NCBI GenBank assembly: GCA_003707115.1
Contig: PPNB01000010.1
Location: forward strand, 1 to 64,000
Direction of reading: 5' to 3'
Length of the DNA stretch: 64,000 nt
Origin: Tortispora ganteri
Taxonomy: Eukaryota
The position numbers and the translations under genes are program-made. Positions within the stretch are counted from its first letter, which is position 1, and every line of letters begins with the position of its first letter. Below, one piece after another: positions 23,312 through 33,543 of this stretch. The notes under the pieces were generated by a model that had not been told where the DNA came from, ran no database searches, and worked only from the letters and a program-made list of their open reading frames with translations.

Positions 23312-24904
23312 CTAGGCAGAATTCTTTACTGCACTTAAACCGTCAACTTTGCTGCACTGTTCAAGGATATCAGTGAGGAACTCCACTTCGCAACGCTGTC
23401 GAGCCTCTTTTAGCCAATCCGCAGCCAAAGATTTAGGCCATCCACTTAAGCTGTTTACTTCCCTAACAGCGTCATTCACCCTACCCTGGCTAAGAGCAGT
23501 GTTCGTGCGTGCAATAATTGATTCAGCGTCATCTCCGAGCGGTTCGCCTGATTTGCGGAAGAGCAGCTTAGAAAGCAGCCAACTGCCGATATGCGCAGTC
23601 ACACCAGCATTCTCAGGTAGAAGACTCGTTTTTCTAATCTCGTCTTCTAGTCCTGAAAATCGAGCAGCAAGTTGAGCCGGCGTTAAAACACCCATGTAAG
23701 AACCTTGCGGGAATGCCGATACCGTAACTTTTACTAAATCGTTATCTTCTGCGAGCTTCTCGATCTCGTACAAAACATTTTGGATGGGTTTAGGCTCGGG
23801 GCCATAGATGATAGATTTCAATAGAGACACATTCGTCTGCAGTTTGACAGATCGCTGCGCCTTGTCTAGAAGAGAACTTGCATCCGCAGAGATTTTCTCT
23901 AGTTCAGTCAGTGAATCGCGCAGCTGCTTCAACTGTCCAAGACGGCCGTCACGCTCGTCCTCTACAAGCTGAACGATCTGGTCCATAAATTGTTTTTGCC
24001 TTGAAATTTCCGCATCGACAAGCTCATTTGAAAGTTTGGCAGACCATGCCTTTTCAAGTTCTTGTATGTCTTTGTTTAATCTGGCCTGGTAAGCCGCAGC
24101 GATATGCTTCTGTTCTTCGAAGAACTGTACCTGCCATTTAGCATCCTGCTCCTTCAGTTTAGCATCAAGTTTAGCGCTGATCTGCGTCGTAAGGTCTGGA
24201 GCAGAGCTCAATGCAGATTCTATTTCCTTAGAGACAGTTGCGAGCTTGGCAATGAGGGGAGCAGCCTTCTCCTTAGTGAGCACCTTAGTGGTGTTAATTT
24301 GGTTAATTATATCGTTGGCCGTAGTGATTAACGAAGTCAGTGCGGCGTTCCCATTAGGAGGTAGTTCTAGTGGTTGAAGATCGGGCGTAGTAGCTGCTAC
24401 TGTAGAGGGTCGAATGGAGGTCTGCAGTGCAGGGGAACTGGAGGTAGCTGCGGCAGCAGATGAGGTCGGAGAAGCAGCTTGGTTCTCCGGCTCAATTGAA
24501 GAGACAGCCTTAGATTGAACACCCTTACGCGGTACGTTAACGACTACGCGATTCGATAATTCGTGACGCTTGCGATCGGGAAACCGTTTCTGGAAGTCAC
24601 GTTCTTCAAGGAACATTACTACATCCTCGGCATAGGGCACAGTAGATACGAAAATATCACGAATCCTATCGTTTCGTAAGGAGCCAAAAGTTAAACCACC
24701 AAATGCACCTACAGTTAGTACAGTGGTAAAAAGAATGAAGTTGCGGAGTCTGTGTGTCTTTCGCGGAGCAGCTGCAGGGGTGATAGCAGGTGCGACGGGT
24801 GCCGCAGCAGTTTCGGCGGCTGTAGAATTTAGTCGTCGAATGACATTCCTGGCAGTCAATTTTATCGGGCTAGAAGCCAGTTGGAGACCAGAACGACTCA
24901 ACAT
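23312..24904 (-). CDS. MIC60: MICOS subunit Mic60 (mitofilin)
   Basis: Presequence from ATG 24904 (the track's upstream start is non-ATG), single TM, coiled coil, C-terminal mitofilin AVREVNSLSGW..LAADWLKEAR. Confidence 0.92.
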   Translation of the reverse strand: MLSRSGLQLASSPIKLTARNVIRRLNSTAAETAAAPVAPAITPAAAPRKTHRLRNFILFTTVLTVGAFGGLTFGSLRNDRIRDIFVSTVPYAEDVVMFLEERDFQKRFPDRKRHELSNRVVVNVPRKGVQSKAVSSIEPENQAASPTSSAAAATSSSPALQTSIRPSTVAATTPDLQPLELPPNGNAALTSLITTANDIINQINTTKVLTKEKAAPLIAKLATVSKEIESALSSAPDLTTQISAKLDAKLKEQDAKWQVQFFEEQKHIAAAYQARLNKDIQELEKAWSAKLSNELVDAEISRQKQFMDQIVQLVEDERDGRLGQLKQLRDSLTELEKISADASSLLDKAQRSVKLQTNVSLLKSIIYGPEPKPIQNVLYEIEKLAEDNDLVKVTVSAFPQGSYMGVLTPAQLAARFSGLEDEIRKTSLLPENAGVTAHIGSWLLSKLLFRKSGEPLGDDAESIIARTNTALSQGRVNDAVREVNSLSGWPKSLAADWLKEARQRCEVEFLTDILEQCSKVDGLSAVKNSA

Positions 24905-24996
24905 TGAAGCCTGATGGATGTGCAGATAGGTGTTGGTATGTCGTGACCTGAGTGTGCGTTTAGGTAGGCCAGTCGGAAATAAAGACAAAACTATGA

Positions 24997-25022
24997 ATTG
25001 GGATTGGTTAAAATGAGCCAAT
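24997..25022. promoter_or_regulatory. Cluster of three CCAAT boxes upstream of MIC60 (Hap complex candidates)
   Basis: ATTGG at 24997 and 25003, CCAAT at 25018; single ATTGG boxes also lie upstream of COX4 (about 14247) and COX6 (43444). Confidence 0.45.
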
Positions 25023-25118
25023 AGGCGTTATCGTTAGCTACAATGGATAATAGTAGAGTAGTACAAAACCATTCAGCTTATTTGTACAAAACCCAAGAAA
25101 ATCATGTCATTAAAATTA

Positions 25119-26368
25119 CTATTCAGAGTTGATTTCAGCACGCTGTTTCTTTGACTGGCTCCAAGTGACGTCGTTGGATTCCAGTTGCTGTAAGAAATCT
25201 TCCCAAGACTTCTCGGAATCAACTACTCCAGTGTTCAATTCGGCTGCAATATCAACATCTTCGCCTTTGTTTATTCTGTTCTGTTAGTATGAAAAATCAA
25301 GTTGTTTCGCAATTATTGAACTTACCTTGATATGATGTCCTTGAGAACCGATATCTTGTTGTTAAGCACACGAGTGGATTCTTTCAACTGTTCTTTTTGA
25401 CGCAGAACGTTAATTACCTGTGATCCAAAGAGTATTAGTAAAATCATGAAAGTCAACAACGGGTTGCTTTGGCGATTCTCAGACGATGCAGAGAAAGGCC
25501 AAAATGAAGATTGTATTAGCTTACCAGGTGATACGTATCGCAAGTACGGCTTTACTTTGCGTACTGTTCCAAACTTAGCTTCAGCGTCCGCGTCTGAGAC
25601 TGGCACAGGGACAATGACGTCTCCACCTGGAGTCCAATTTACAGGTGTAGCTACACCAGCCTTGTCGGCTAGCTGCAGTGCTTCGAGTGCCCGTAGTACT
25701 TCGGCAGTATTACGTCCAACGGCAGGCGGGTAGGTGATGATTATGCGGACCTTCTTATTAGGGTCAATTATGAAGACGGATCGAAGGGAAACAGGAATAG
25801 GATTGGACTTGATATTCTTAACAGACTCTTCGTCCAACATCCCGTAAAGCCAAGACACTTTACGTTCCTCGTCTGCAATAATCGGATAACCGACCTTTGC
25901 ACCTTCAGAGGAAACCTCCTCAATATCCTTGATCCAGCCCTCATGGTCACCCAGCCCGTTAGCAGAAAGGCCAATGAGTTTAGCACCACGCTTCTCAAAT
26001 TCTGGCTGAAGTTTAGCAAACGCACCGAGTTCAGTAGTGCAGACGGGGGTATAATCTGCAGGATGAGAGAAGAATACCACCCAATCGTTGCCGATGAACT
26101 CGTGGAAGCTAATGGGGCCTTTCGAAGTTTGCGCCTTGAAGTCAGGAGCAGTAGATCCTATTCTAATAGGCTCCTGCTGCTCAAAACGGGCAGACATAGA
26201 CACAGAGAATGCTCTTGAACCACTTGGGCAGGAACATTCGCCGCAATCACCACCGTTCTTGTGCACAATGGGTATTCTACGACGCACTACAACACTGCAG
26301 GAACCGCATCCTCCTCCGGTGCGCAATCCAGCGACAGAACGTCTTACAGCAAATTTGGCAGCTTGCAT
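25119..26368 (-). CDS. Prx1 fused to an Ina22/DUF5321-like membrane module; predicted join 26368-25326 + 25275-25119, 399 aa
   Basis: The Prx1 frame has no stop and continues KLIQSSFW...NPLLTFMILLILFGSQ...KISVLKDIISR; removing a 50-nt intron adds INKGEDVDIAAEL...EKSWEDFLQQLE. Confidence 0.7.
25276..25325 (-). other. Spliceosomal intron (50 nt)
   Basis: AG|GTAAGT donor, TACTAAC at 25289-25283, AACAG acceptor ending 25276; removal restores a 52-codon open exon. Confidence 0.85.
25410..26368 (-). CDS. PRX1: Mitochondrial 1-Cys peroxiredoxin; predicted spliced short isoform join 26368-25525 + 25417-25410, 283 aa
   Basis: FSHPADYTPVCTTE active site, GRNTAEVLR, ATPVNW, KPYLRY end. Family identity is certain; the exact 3' end depends on splicing. 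Confidence 0.85.
25418..25524 (-). other. Candidate retained/alternative intron (107 nt) that also encodes protein
   Basis: GTAAGC donor at 25524, TACTAAT at 25440-25434, first downstream AG is CAG ending 25418; removal yields VSPGN-stop. Confidence 0.6.
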
Positions 26369-26481
26369 TTCAGATATTCAACAATAACAAATGCGAAAGT
26401 GGATATGGGAAGGAAGCGAGCGATCACCTGGGTGTTATATATAAGAACGCGGCAGACAAGGAACTCTGCCAGTTGTGCAAG

Positions 26482-26513
26482 ATCACGTGATATATGATCA
26501 TAGTTAGGGTTAG
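26482..26513. promoter_or_regulatory. Cbf1-type E-box next to a telomere-like (Tbf1-type) box upstream of PRX1
   Basis: Palindrome ATCACGTGAT at 26482-26491 and TTAGGGTTAG at 26504-26513. Confidence 0.55.
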
Positions 26514-26989
26514 TAGGTTGGCCATAGAGAAGAACACTATGACGTATAGCTGATCTTAGAAAGCTTCTGAGTAAGCCGCTAGATGTGAAGATATTTCGAT
26601 ACAATGGCTACTAGCATACTGAAAAGCATACAAGTACGACATTGGAGCGGACTGAGCGTATTAAAGATTCGTAAAACGCCTCTGATCTCTGTTTGCCAAT
26701 ACAGATTAAAGTAGATATTCCCTGAACCCTGCTATCCCCAACGGAAGGCATGGGGACTTATGCGGCCGAAGGCTCCTTTTGACCTCGAGTTGCCTCCTGA
26801 AGGAGAGAATATAGCGACCAAAAAGTATATATAACGTGTTTTCTTTTTTTGTGGAGCTGCAAAGTCGCGTATTTGTTACTTGATTGTCGCTATTTTATTG
26901 TCGAAGCAGTAACGGATTTAAGGCTGTTGTTACCACGGGTATAAGCAGTGGTTGGTAACTACCCTTTGTTCTTGTTTCCCGGAATCATT

Positions 26990-28267
26990 ATGATCCGGCC
27001 ACGTAAGCTTGTACATGTTCCATTTATAATATACAAGTGTTCTAACAATTACTCTTCTTTCGCTACTGCTGATTCTTCGATGTCGGATTCCACAGGCAGC
27101 GCGCGTCTTGATCCGCCGACTCCTCCTACTGCCGGCGATCGAAAGCGATTCTTTAACTTCCCGCAATCCTACTCCTCATCTTTCAAGCAATGGTGGAATG
27201 GTCCGTCTTTAGATAAGGCCGAAGAGAATGTCCTATCGCATCTACCTTTTTACCCCGAGACTGACGGTCAAAGGGTAGCACAGTCCAACCGCATCTACAT
27301 AGATCAAAAAAACTATTTGAACGAGTTCTCTGTGCAACACGCTTCTACCACACCTAACAAACACCTGCTGATACTTCATGGTTACGGTGCGGGCCTTGGA
27401 TTTTTTGTCAGAAACTTCGATGGCCTCTCATCGAACCCAGATACAAAGATGTACGCATTAGACTTACTGGGGTATGGACGGTCATCCAGACCCAGGTTCA
27501 AGATCCGTTCTCGCGACTTCGACGCTAGAATCGACGAAGTGCGAGATTTTTTTATAGAGCCAATAGAGAAATGGCGCAAGCATAATGGTATTGATAAATT
27601 CACCCTAGTCGCTCATTCTTTGGGTGGGTACCTGGCATTTGAATATGCTTTGAAATACCCCCAGCATCTAGAAAAGCTGATCCTTGTTTCGCCTGCTGGT
27701 GTGCCTCACGATCCGTATGCTGAACCAGCATCCAACATTATAGAAGGTGAGTTTGAGTCGCAGTCAGAAACTGTTATGCATACAGAGAAATCCAATGCAC
27801 CGCCGAAACGACCTGTACCAGTTTGGCTTGGATACTTGTGGGAAAAAAACGTCTCACCTTTTACTTTTGTACGCATTGCGGGTCCGATTGGACCACGACT
27901 AGTGTCAGGATGGTCATCTCGACGATTTTCGCAACTCAATGACTCTTTGGCACAAGCACTACACGATTATTCTTACAGAATTTTCTCAGCCAAGGGATCC
28001 GGAGAGTATGCTCTTACTTACCTTCTAGCGCCTGGTGCTTTTGCTCGACGACCACTAATTGACCGAGTAAATCGCCTCACAGTAGCCTCTGTCTGGATGT
28101 ATGGAGAGAACGACTGGATGGATGCTGCTGGGGGCATTCAAGCTGCCAAAATTATAAATGCCGAGGGTAAGACCACCGCGAAGCATATGGTTGTTCCTTC
28201 TGCTGGCCATCACATTTATTTAGACAACCCGTCATTCTTCAACAAAGCTGTTCTTGCAGAGATTTAA
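26990..28267 (+). CDS. CLD1: Alpha/beta hydrolase, cardiolipin deacylase Cld1-like
   Basis: HGYGAG, DLLGYGRSSRP, AHSLG nucleophile motif, C-terminal GHHIYLDNP; first ATG at 26990. Confidence 0.8.
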   Translation: MIRPRKLVHVPFIIYKCSNNYSSFATADSSMSDSTGSARLDPPTPPTAGDRKRFFNFPQSYSSSFKQWWNGPSLDKAEENVLSHLPFYPETDGQRVAQSNRIYIDQKNYLNEFSVQHASTTPNKHLLILHGYGAGLGFFVRNFDGLSSNPDTKMYALDLLGYGRSSRPRFKIRSRDFDARIDEVRDFFIEPIEKWRKHNGIDKFTLVAHSLGGYLAFEYALKYPQHLEKLILVSPAGVPHDPYAEPASNIIEGEFESQSETVMHTEKSNAPPKRPVPVWLGYLWEKNVSPFTFVRIAGPIGPRLVSGWSSRRFSQLNDSLAQALHDYSYRIFSAKGSGEYALTYLLAPGAFARRPLIDRVNRLTVASVWMYGENDWMDAAGGIQAAKIINAEGKTTAKHMVVPSAGHHIYLDNPSFFNKAVLAEI

Positions 28268-28429
28268 CTGCATTAATCCCAACAATTCTCTTTTAATTCT
28301 CTCAATCGTATTTTATAACATATATTAATAATATTGTCTGGATTTATAGTGTATTGTGTAAACATCATGTCGACGGATTCAAATGTGTTAATCACGTTTT
28401 TTAGAGTCATATTAACTTCCAGTCCTAAT

Positions 28430-29632
28430 TCAGCCCCATATTTTGTCTATTATAATGGTCACCCATCCTCTCCAAAGAAGTAATTTCAGCAAAGACCGTA
28501 GAAAACCTGAATTAATTCGACTAATCCATGTGCCGACTAATCCGAGTCCATCATGTGACCAATCGACGTCTAGATTGAGATGCTTATGTATAGTACAAGC
28601 ACCTATTATATTGTACCATTTTGATCTCTGACATACATTTGTTCTAAAAAGATTCTTAGTCAGTGGACCGGTAGGTCCGTCAATAAATCGCCACTCAAAG
28701 GGATGGAATTTTTGTCGGGGATCTTCCGGAGCCAACTTCTTATCGCCCCAGTGACCCGGGAACAACAACCAACCTCCATCATCGTCATTCATATCAGTTA
28801 CTGCAGTATGGATATTTCTGCCATCGTAAGTGTATCCAAGGAAATTCTTTTGAGGATCCCACAGCGGTCCTTTATCGGTGAAATCATCCAGAATGCTGTA
28901 CGGGATGTCATGGGGATGCTTGCCGGGAAAGCCATAATTAGCGTGCGTACCTCGGGCACTATATATTATAGGTCTATTGTTGTCAGTACGCATCTTCTCC
29001 AGAGCATCAAAGTAATAAGCGACTCCACCTCCATGCGCAGACATCCAGACTATTTCCGGAACACCGTTTCTAAATCTAGTCAGCGAGTGTTCCCAGTCTC
29101 CGATATGGTTGCCGTACGGTCCGGCACCCATAACAAACGGACCTAAATTAAAAGAATAGAAATAAAACCAAAATGCGTCGACTACTCCCTTGCCACGATC
29201 GACGACAATAAGTATAGCTGGTGCATCGGATCTATGAGTTTCAGGATCAGGCAAGTTCTCCAGTCCAGTTATCCAATCTGGATTATCAATAAATTCGTCA
29301 ACTGCAGTGAGGTAGACGTTTGATTTGCGTGGTAGATTTTTTAAATCAGATAGTTTGAGGCGATCCGGGCATCTGCGGTTGTGTCGGAGACAGTTAGTGA
29401 TGTTTTTGCCATCCTGTGTGGCAGTGAAGTGTGTAACGTAATCTCGCACATGATAAGGAAGGTATAGTTCTTCAGAATATAAATGAACGGCAGGAGCATA
29501 TTTTAAAACATATTCAGGAATTTCACCGTGCCTGACTGCCCACGGATCGGAGTCAGCAAGAGTGGGTTTAGCACTGCATTGTTCAACCGTCCAAATCAGG
29601 GCAAGTGAAACAAGGTTTCTTAGGAACAACAT
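28430..29632 (-). CDS. VPS62: Vps62-family protein
   Basis: PEYVLKYAP.VHLYSEE.YLP, DAFWFYFYSFNLGP, GNHIGDWEH, SARGTHANY. Confidence 0.85.
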   Translation of the reverse strand: MLFLRNLVSLALIWTVEQCSAKPTLADSDPWAVRHGEIPEYVLKYAPAVHLYSEELYLPYHVRDYVTHFTATQDGKNITNCLRHNRRCPDRLKLSDLKNLPRKSNVYLTAVDEFIDNPDWITGLENLPDPETHRSDAPAILIVVDRGKGVVDAFWFYFYSFNLGPFVMGAGPYGNHIGDWEHSLTRFRNGVPEIVWMSAHGGGVAYYFDALEKMRTDNNRPIIYSARGTHANYGFPGKHPHDIPYSILDDFTDKGPLWDPQKNFLGYTYDGRNIHTAVTDMNDDDGGWLLFPGHWGDKKLAPEDPRQKFHPFEWRFIDGPTGPLTKNLFRTNVCQRSKWYNIIGACTIHKHLNLDVDWSHDGLGLVGTWISRINSGFLRSLLKLLLWRGWVTIIIDKIWG

Positions 29633-30157
29633 TATTTACTGCACCAAAAAAAAAAAAGCTGATCACTCTCTATAATATGTAGTAACACAATGTCTCGCTT
29701 ATATCTGTCATGAGAGACCGAGGCAATTTAGAAAGTCAAAGGATGATCGGAAGTGCTAGAGAACAACAACCAGCGTAATAACCCAATGTGGGACCAATCA
29801 GAGACCATCATTGTCACATGGCCTAATGTAACCGTTGACCACGTTGTATATCATAGATGTTCCACTCCTTAATGTGAAGTTTTAACAAGTTATTAAGAGC
29901 ATAAGCACTATTCCAGGTAAATAGTATAGAGATCGACTATCAACTATAGATGTTCGTATGTAAGATAGCCAGCCATATTCTCTATGTAGATCTTTTGCAA
30001 GACTTATTGGATTTACACAATCCAGCTGTGAAGGAAGATTAATAAATGAAACTCACTAGAAAATCAGAGTATCGTAGTAGTCGTAAAAACCACCATTCTT
30101 TATATAGAGTTAAATTCACAGACAAGTTTCATGCTTGGATTCAAGAGAAACTCAACA

Positions 30158-32215
30158 CTAGGCCCAAATTTGCTCCTTGAACCATTTTGTGACAGACTGA
30201 AGATATCCAGTTTGTGCTTTTTTGAACTTCACAATATCTTCCTTAGTAATAATAACTTCTGGTGTTAAAACATTTAGGATCTGAGTAATGACGACTTTAC
30301 TCTGTATGGGGTCCATGTACATCGGGAATCGCACAGCGGAAGAATGCCGTTTGCCTTCTTTCTCGTAGAAGAATAGAATTCCTATATTCTTATCAGGGTC
30401 CTCCTTATCGGGCATATAGTCAGCAGAATAATACGCGCCATATTGCACTGCTTTAATAGATGCCAATGGAATATGTATGACCTTGTATGCACCTTCTGAT
30501 TGCCAGCGGTACCTACAGATATACAGATTCTTGTCTGTCAACAATAAAATGCAGTCCTGTAGTCTTCCTGTGGTAACATTATCTTTTATCGGGCTCAAAA
30601 TATTCCAGCCACCTATGAACTCTTCCGGTTCAATGTAACCGACAATAACGTTAGAGGCCATTTCAACAAGAGCTTCTCTGGAAGAGCTAGTCAAAACAGC
30701 GGGATCAGATGTAGCTAGGCGTGCTCGAAACTCGTCAAACACCTCTATGCCTATAATACCCATCATGTAGTCAACAACAGCCTGCATGAAAAAGTCAGTG
30801 AATAAGGCGCGAAAATATCTAGCGAGTGTGAGAACAGCGTCGGAGAGTATTCCCTTGTATTTTCGTTGGCCTGTTCGAGTGAAGTCGCCTTTCAGAGCTA
30901 AAGTACTAGAGTATTGTATAGAAATAGCATCGCCATTATCAGCCCATAAATGATTAAACATGATTCTAGTTTCTGAAGGATTCAAAGGCGTAAGATTTTC
31001 GTTGTTAAGAATGGTAGTAAGCGTTCTGTTTGCGAATGCACTCTGAACCACATTTGTTCTGTCAAGACAGTCTATACAATTTATACGCATTGCACCAATT
31101 TGTTTCTTATCGCGACTCAAGTCAGTCCAGCCAAAATCTTTAAGTGCTTGGCCTGCAGGACAGTCGAACAAGTAGGAAACGTTCTGAAAGTTCATACCTT
31201 TGCACTCGTAATGGAAGTCGAACCAAGTGAAGGGAAGATGACAGCAATCTGCAAGTTTTTGATACGCCTGCCCAACTTCAGCCTCCCTGCCTTTCTTTTC
31301 CACTAAAGAGACAATATATATATCGCCAAACTTTGCGCGTAGTTTGACAAAGTGGTTGGAGAAAACGTCTAGCATCGACCATAGAGGACGTGTCAGTTTT
31401 GGGGTCGGTTGCAGTCTGTATGGACTCTGCGTAAAAAACAGAGGAATAGAACCTCTTAATTGAACAAATCCTATTAGTCTGAGTTGATCTTGCTGTGTAA
31501 ATTCTAGGAGTTGTTCTGTTTCCACCCAGTTGGCACAGTTGCCTTGCGTGTCTATGCCTCTACGTAGGTATCGTAGTCCGGGACGCTTAGCTCCACGTAA
31601 TGAAATCAGAGAAAGTTTTACAACGGTATCATGTATACAAGGGATAGAAATTTGACCCACAAATCCACAAACGAGTGGGATAAACAGTGAGGTGTCTCTA
31701 AACAAGTAGGACATGTGCCAGTTATAAATAAAAGAGGAACGAGAGAAACACTTGCTAGGTCGTTGAATAGTTTTGTATTGTGAAGATATAGATCTTGTTA
31801 TATCAAGATCATGTGAATAGTACATTCCTCGGAGGAGGAGCTGGTGTATAGTTTTGAGGATTTTCGGCACAAACGGAACCGAGTCTTGATCCGACTCTTC
31901 GTCCATTTCCGGTGTGAACATAAGGGTGTCTAAAGATTTCTGTGACTTTTCTAGAGGAACAGATGCTACATTGGTGATACGGTAGATGTTCTTACCAGTT
32001 ATTGAGGCGGCGAGTTGAACATCTGTGATAATGAAGGTATAGATGATGTCCAGCTTGAGGCAGCCAATAATGCCGTAAACGTCCATTGATGAGTCATTTG
32101 AGACCCAGAAAGTAGTTTGATCTTTAACTAAAGTCCCATTAAATGTCAAAAGATACTTATCAGAATCATGTTGTATATGTAAACCGTCCTCATCAAGACC
32201 TATTTTTGTGTGCAT
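30158..32215 (-). CDS. SAC-domain phosphoinositide phosphatase with C-terminal hSac2-like domain
   Basis: GLRYLRRG, ANWVETEQ, RGSIPLFF, catalytic RINCIDCLDRTN (CX5R), LWADNGD; C-terminal LLLTDKNLYIC and no TM anchor. First ATG at 32215. Confidence 0.85.
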   Translation of the reverse strand: MHTKIGLDEDGLHIQHDSDKYLLTFNGTLVKDQTTFWVSNDSSMDVYGIIGCLKLDIIYTFIITDVQLAASITGKNIYRITNVASVPLEKSQKSLDTLMFTPEMDEESDQDSVPFVPKILKTIHQLLLRGMYYSHDLDITRSISSQYKTIQRPSKCFSRSSFIYNWHMSYLFRDTSLFIPLVCGFVGQISIPCIHDTVVKLSLISLRGAKRPGLRYLRRGIDTQGNCANWVETEQLLEFTQQDQLRLIGFVQLRGSIPLFFTQSPYRLQPTPKLTRPLWSMLDVFSNHFVKLRAKFGDIYIVSLVEKKGREAEVGQAYQKLADCCHLPFTWFDFHYECKGMNFQNVSYLFDCPAGQALKDFGWTDLSRDKKQIGAMRINCIDCLDRTNVVQSAFANRTLTTILNNENLTPLNPSETRIMFNHLWADNGDAISIQYSSTLALKGDFTRTGQRKYKGILSDAVLTLARYFRALFTDFFMQAVVDYMMGIIGIEVFDEFRARLATSDPAVLTSSSREALVEMASNVIVGYIEPEEFIGGWNILSPIKDNVTTGRLQDCILLLTDKNLYICRYRWQSEGAYKVIHIPLASIKAVQYGAYYSADYMPDKEDPDKNIGILFFYEKEGKRHSSAVRFPMYMDPIQSKVVITQILNVLTPEVIITKEDIVKFKKAQTGYLQSVTKWFKEQIWA

Positions 32216-32301
32216 GGTTCTGGTTAAGGTTTTGGTGTAACAATGACCTTTTCTTGTGATCTTGTCTAACCTATATTTCGACAACCACTTCACGCTTAGA
32301 A

Positions 32302-33543
32302 ATGTCGTCTTCTGTATATTACAGATTCCGCTCACAGATTGAACCTTCACGTGTCACTTTTGATGGCACGGGAATCACTGTTTTCGAAATGAAGCGTGAA
32401 ATTATCCTTGCCAATGAATTGGGTGATGGCACGCAGTTCGAGTTAAAGCTATATAATGCAGATACCAACCAGGAGTTTGATGATGATACCACTATTATCC
32501 CAAGGAGCTCCTCTGTTATTGCCGTACGTGGTCCACCTGTGCGTCCGAAACATGGCACTGCTGTAAGATACGTTAGTGGCAACATGAAGTTCTTTCAAAA
32601 ATACTCAAGCAAACAAAATGAGGAAACACAACCTTCAGGATCAGCTTCCTCGTTGCCACAATTGGCCGTGGGTTCAAACGAGGAAGACCGAATTAACGCT
32701 ATGTTCTCCGCTCAGCAAGAACAATGGAGCCAAACACAACAACATATGGCTCAGAGCAGACCAGTATACGCCCCGAATCAGAAATATGCGCGACCAGCAC
32801 CTGACGGTCCACCTCCCGAAAAATACGTCTGCTTTCGTTGCGGCCAGAAGGGCCATTGGATTCAGGCATGTCCTTTGCTAAACAATCCAGACCTTGAAGG
32901 TAAAGTCATTCGCAGAACTGTGGGTATTCCTAAGAGTTTTCTCAAAACTGTAGAGAAACCCGCAGACGATGACAATTCGAAGACCGTTATGTTGACTGAA
33001 ACAGGCGAGTATGTAGTAGCAGTACCCGACAAGGCATCCTGGGAATCTTATCAAGAGAAAGTTAAGGCTTCTTCTGCAAGTCGAATTGTTCCTTCTGATT
33101 CTAGTTTAATATGCCCACTAACCGGTTTGCTGTTTGAGAAACCTGTGAAGACGCCTTGTTGCAGCACAACATATAGCTTAGACGCCATAGAACAAGCGCT
33201 ACTTGACTCAGATTTTGTTTGTCCAAATTGTCACAAAACAGACGTTCTTCTTGATCAACTAACACCTGACGAACAGACTGAAAAGAAAGTTATAGAGTAC
33301 AAGAACAATATGGGCAAGAACGAGCCCGAAGATACATCGAAAACCGCCGAATCTGTTAGCAAAAAACGATCCGCGGAAACCGACAGCAAACAATCAAAAT
33401 CTCAAAAAACTACTAAACAGGAGTCAGCACCTCTTCCTGCCTTGCCAGCCACCAACCCTTTTCTTATGCAACATACTATGTATTTACAAGCGATGGCGCA
33501 ACAGCATGAGAACATGCAGAAACAAAAAAAAGCTGAAAACTGA
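32302..33543 (+). CDS. MPE1: Cleavage/polyadenylation factor Mpe1 (RBBP6 orthologue)
   Basis: N-terminal DWNN MSSSVYYRFRSQ, zinc knuckle CFRCGQKGHWIQAC, RING-like TPCC...CPNC. Confidence 0.93.
   Translation: MSSSVYYRFRSQIEPSRVTFDGTGITVFEMKREIILANELGDGTQFELKLYNADTNQEFDDDTTIIPRSSSVIAVRGPPVRPKHGTAVRYVSGNMKFFQKYSSKQNEETQPSGSASSLPQLAVGSNEEDRINAMFSAQQEQWSQTQQHMAQSRPVYAPNQKYARPAPDGPPPEKYVCFRCGQKGHWIQACPLLNNPDLEGKVIRRTVGIPKSFLKTVEKPADDDNSKTVMLTETGEYVVAVPDKASWESYQEKVKASSASRIVPSDSSLICPLTGLLFEKPVKTPCCSTTYSLDAIEQALLDSDFVCPNCHKTDVLLDQLTPDEQTEKKVIEYKNNMGKNEPEDTSKTAESVSKKRSAETDSKQSKSQKTTKQESAPLPALPATNPFLMQHTMYLQAMAQQHENMQKQKKAEN

Noticed and set aside
24905..25021. N-terminal extensions from TTG/GTG starts in the ORF track (MIC60, also CLD1, SAC, FRE, RPS12, MTW1 and others)
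   Set aside because: Bacterial-style start calls; homology and targeting signals begin at the first ATG.
26503..26513. Telomerase RNA template (CTAACCCTAAC on the minus strand)
   Set aside because: It lies in a 620-bp divergent promoter next to an E-box, too short for a fungal telomerase RNA; a Tbf1-type site is the simpler reading.
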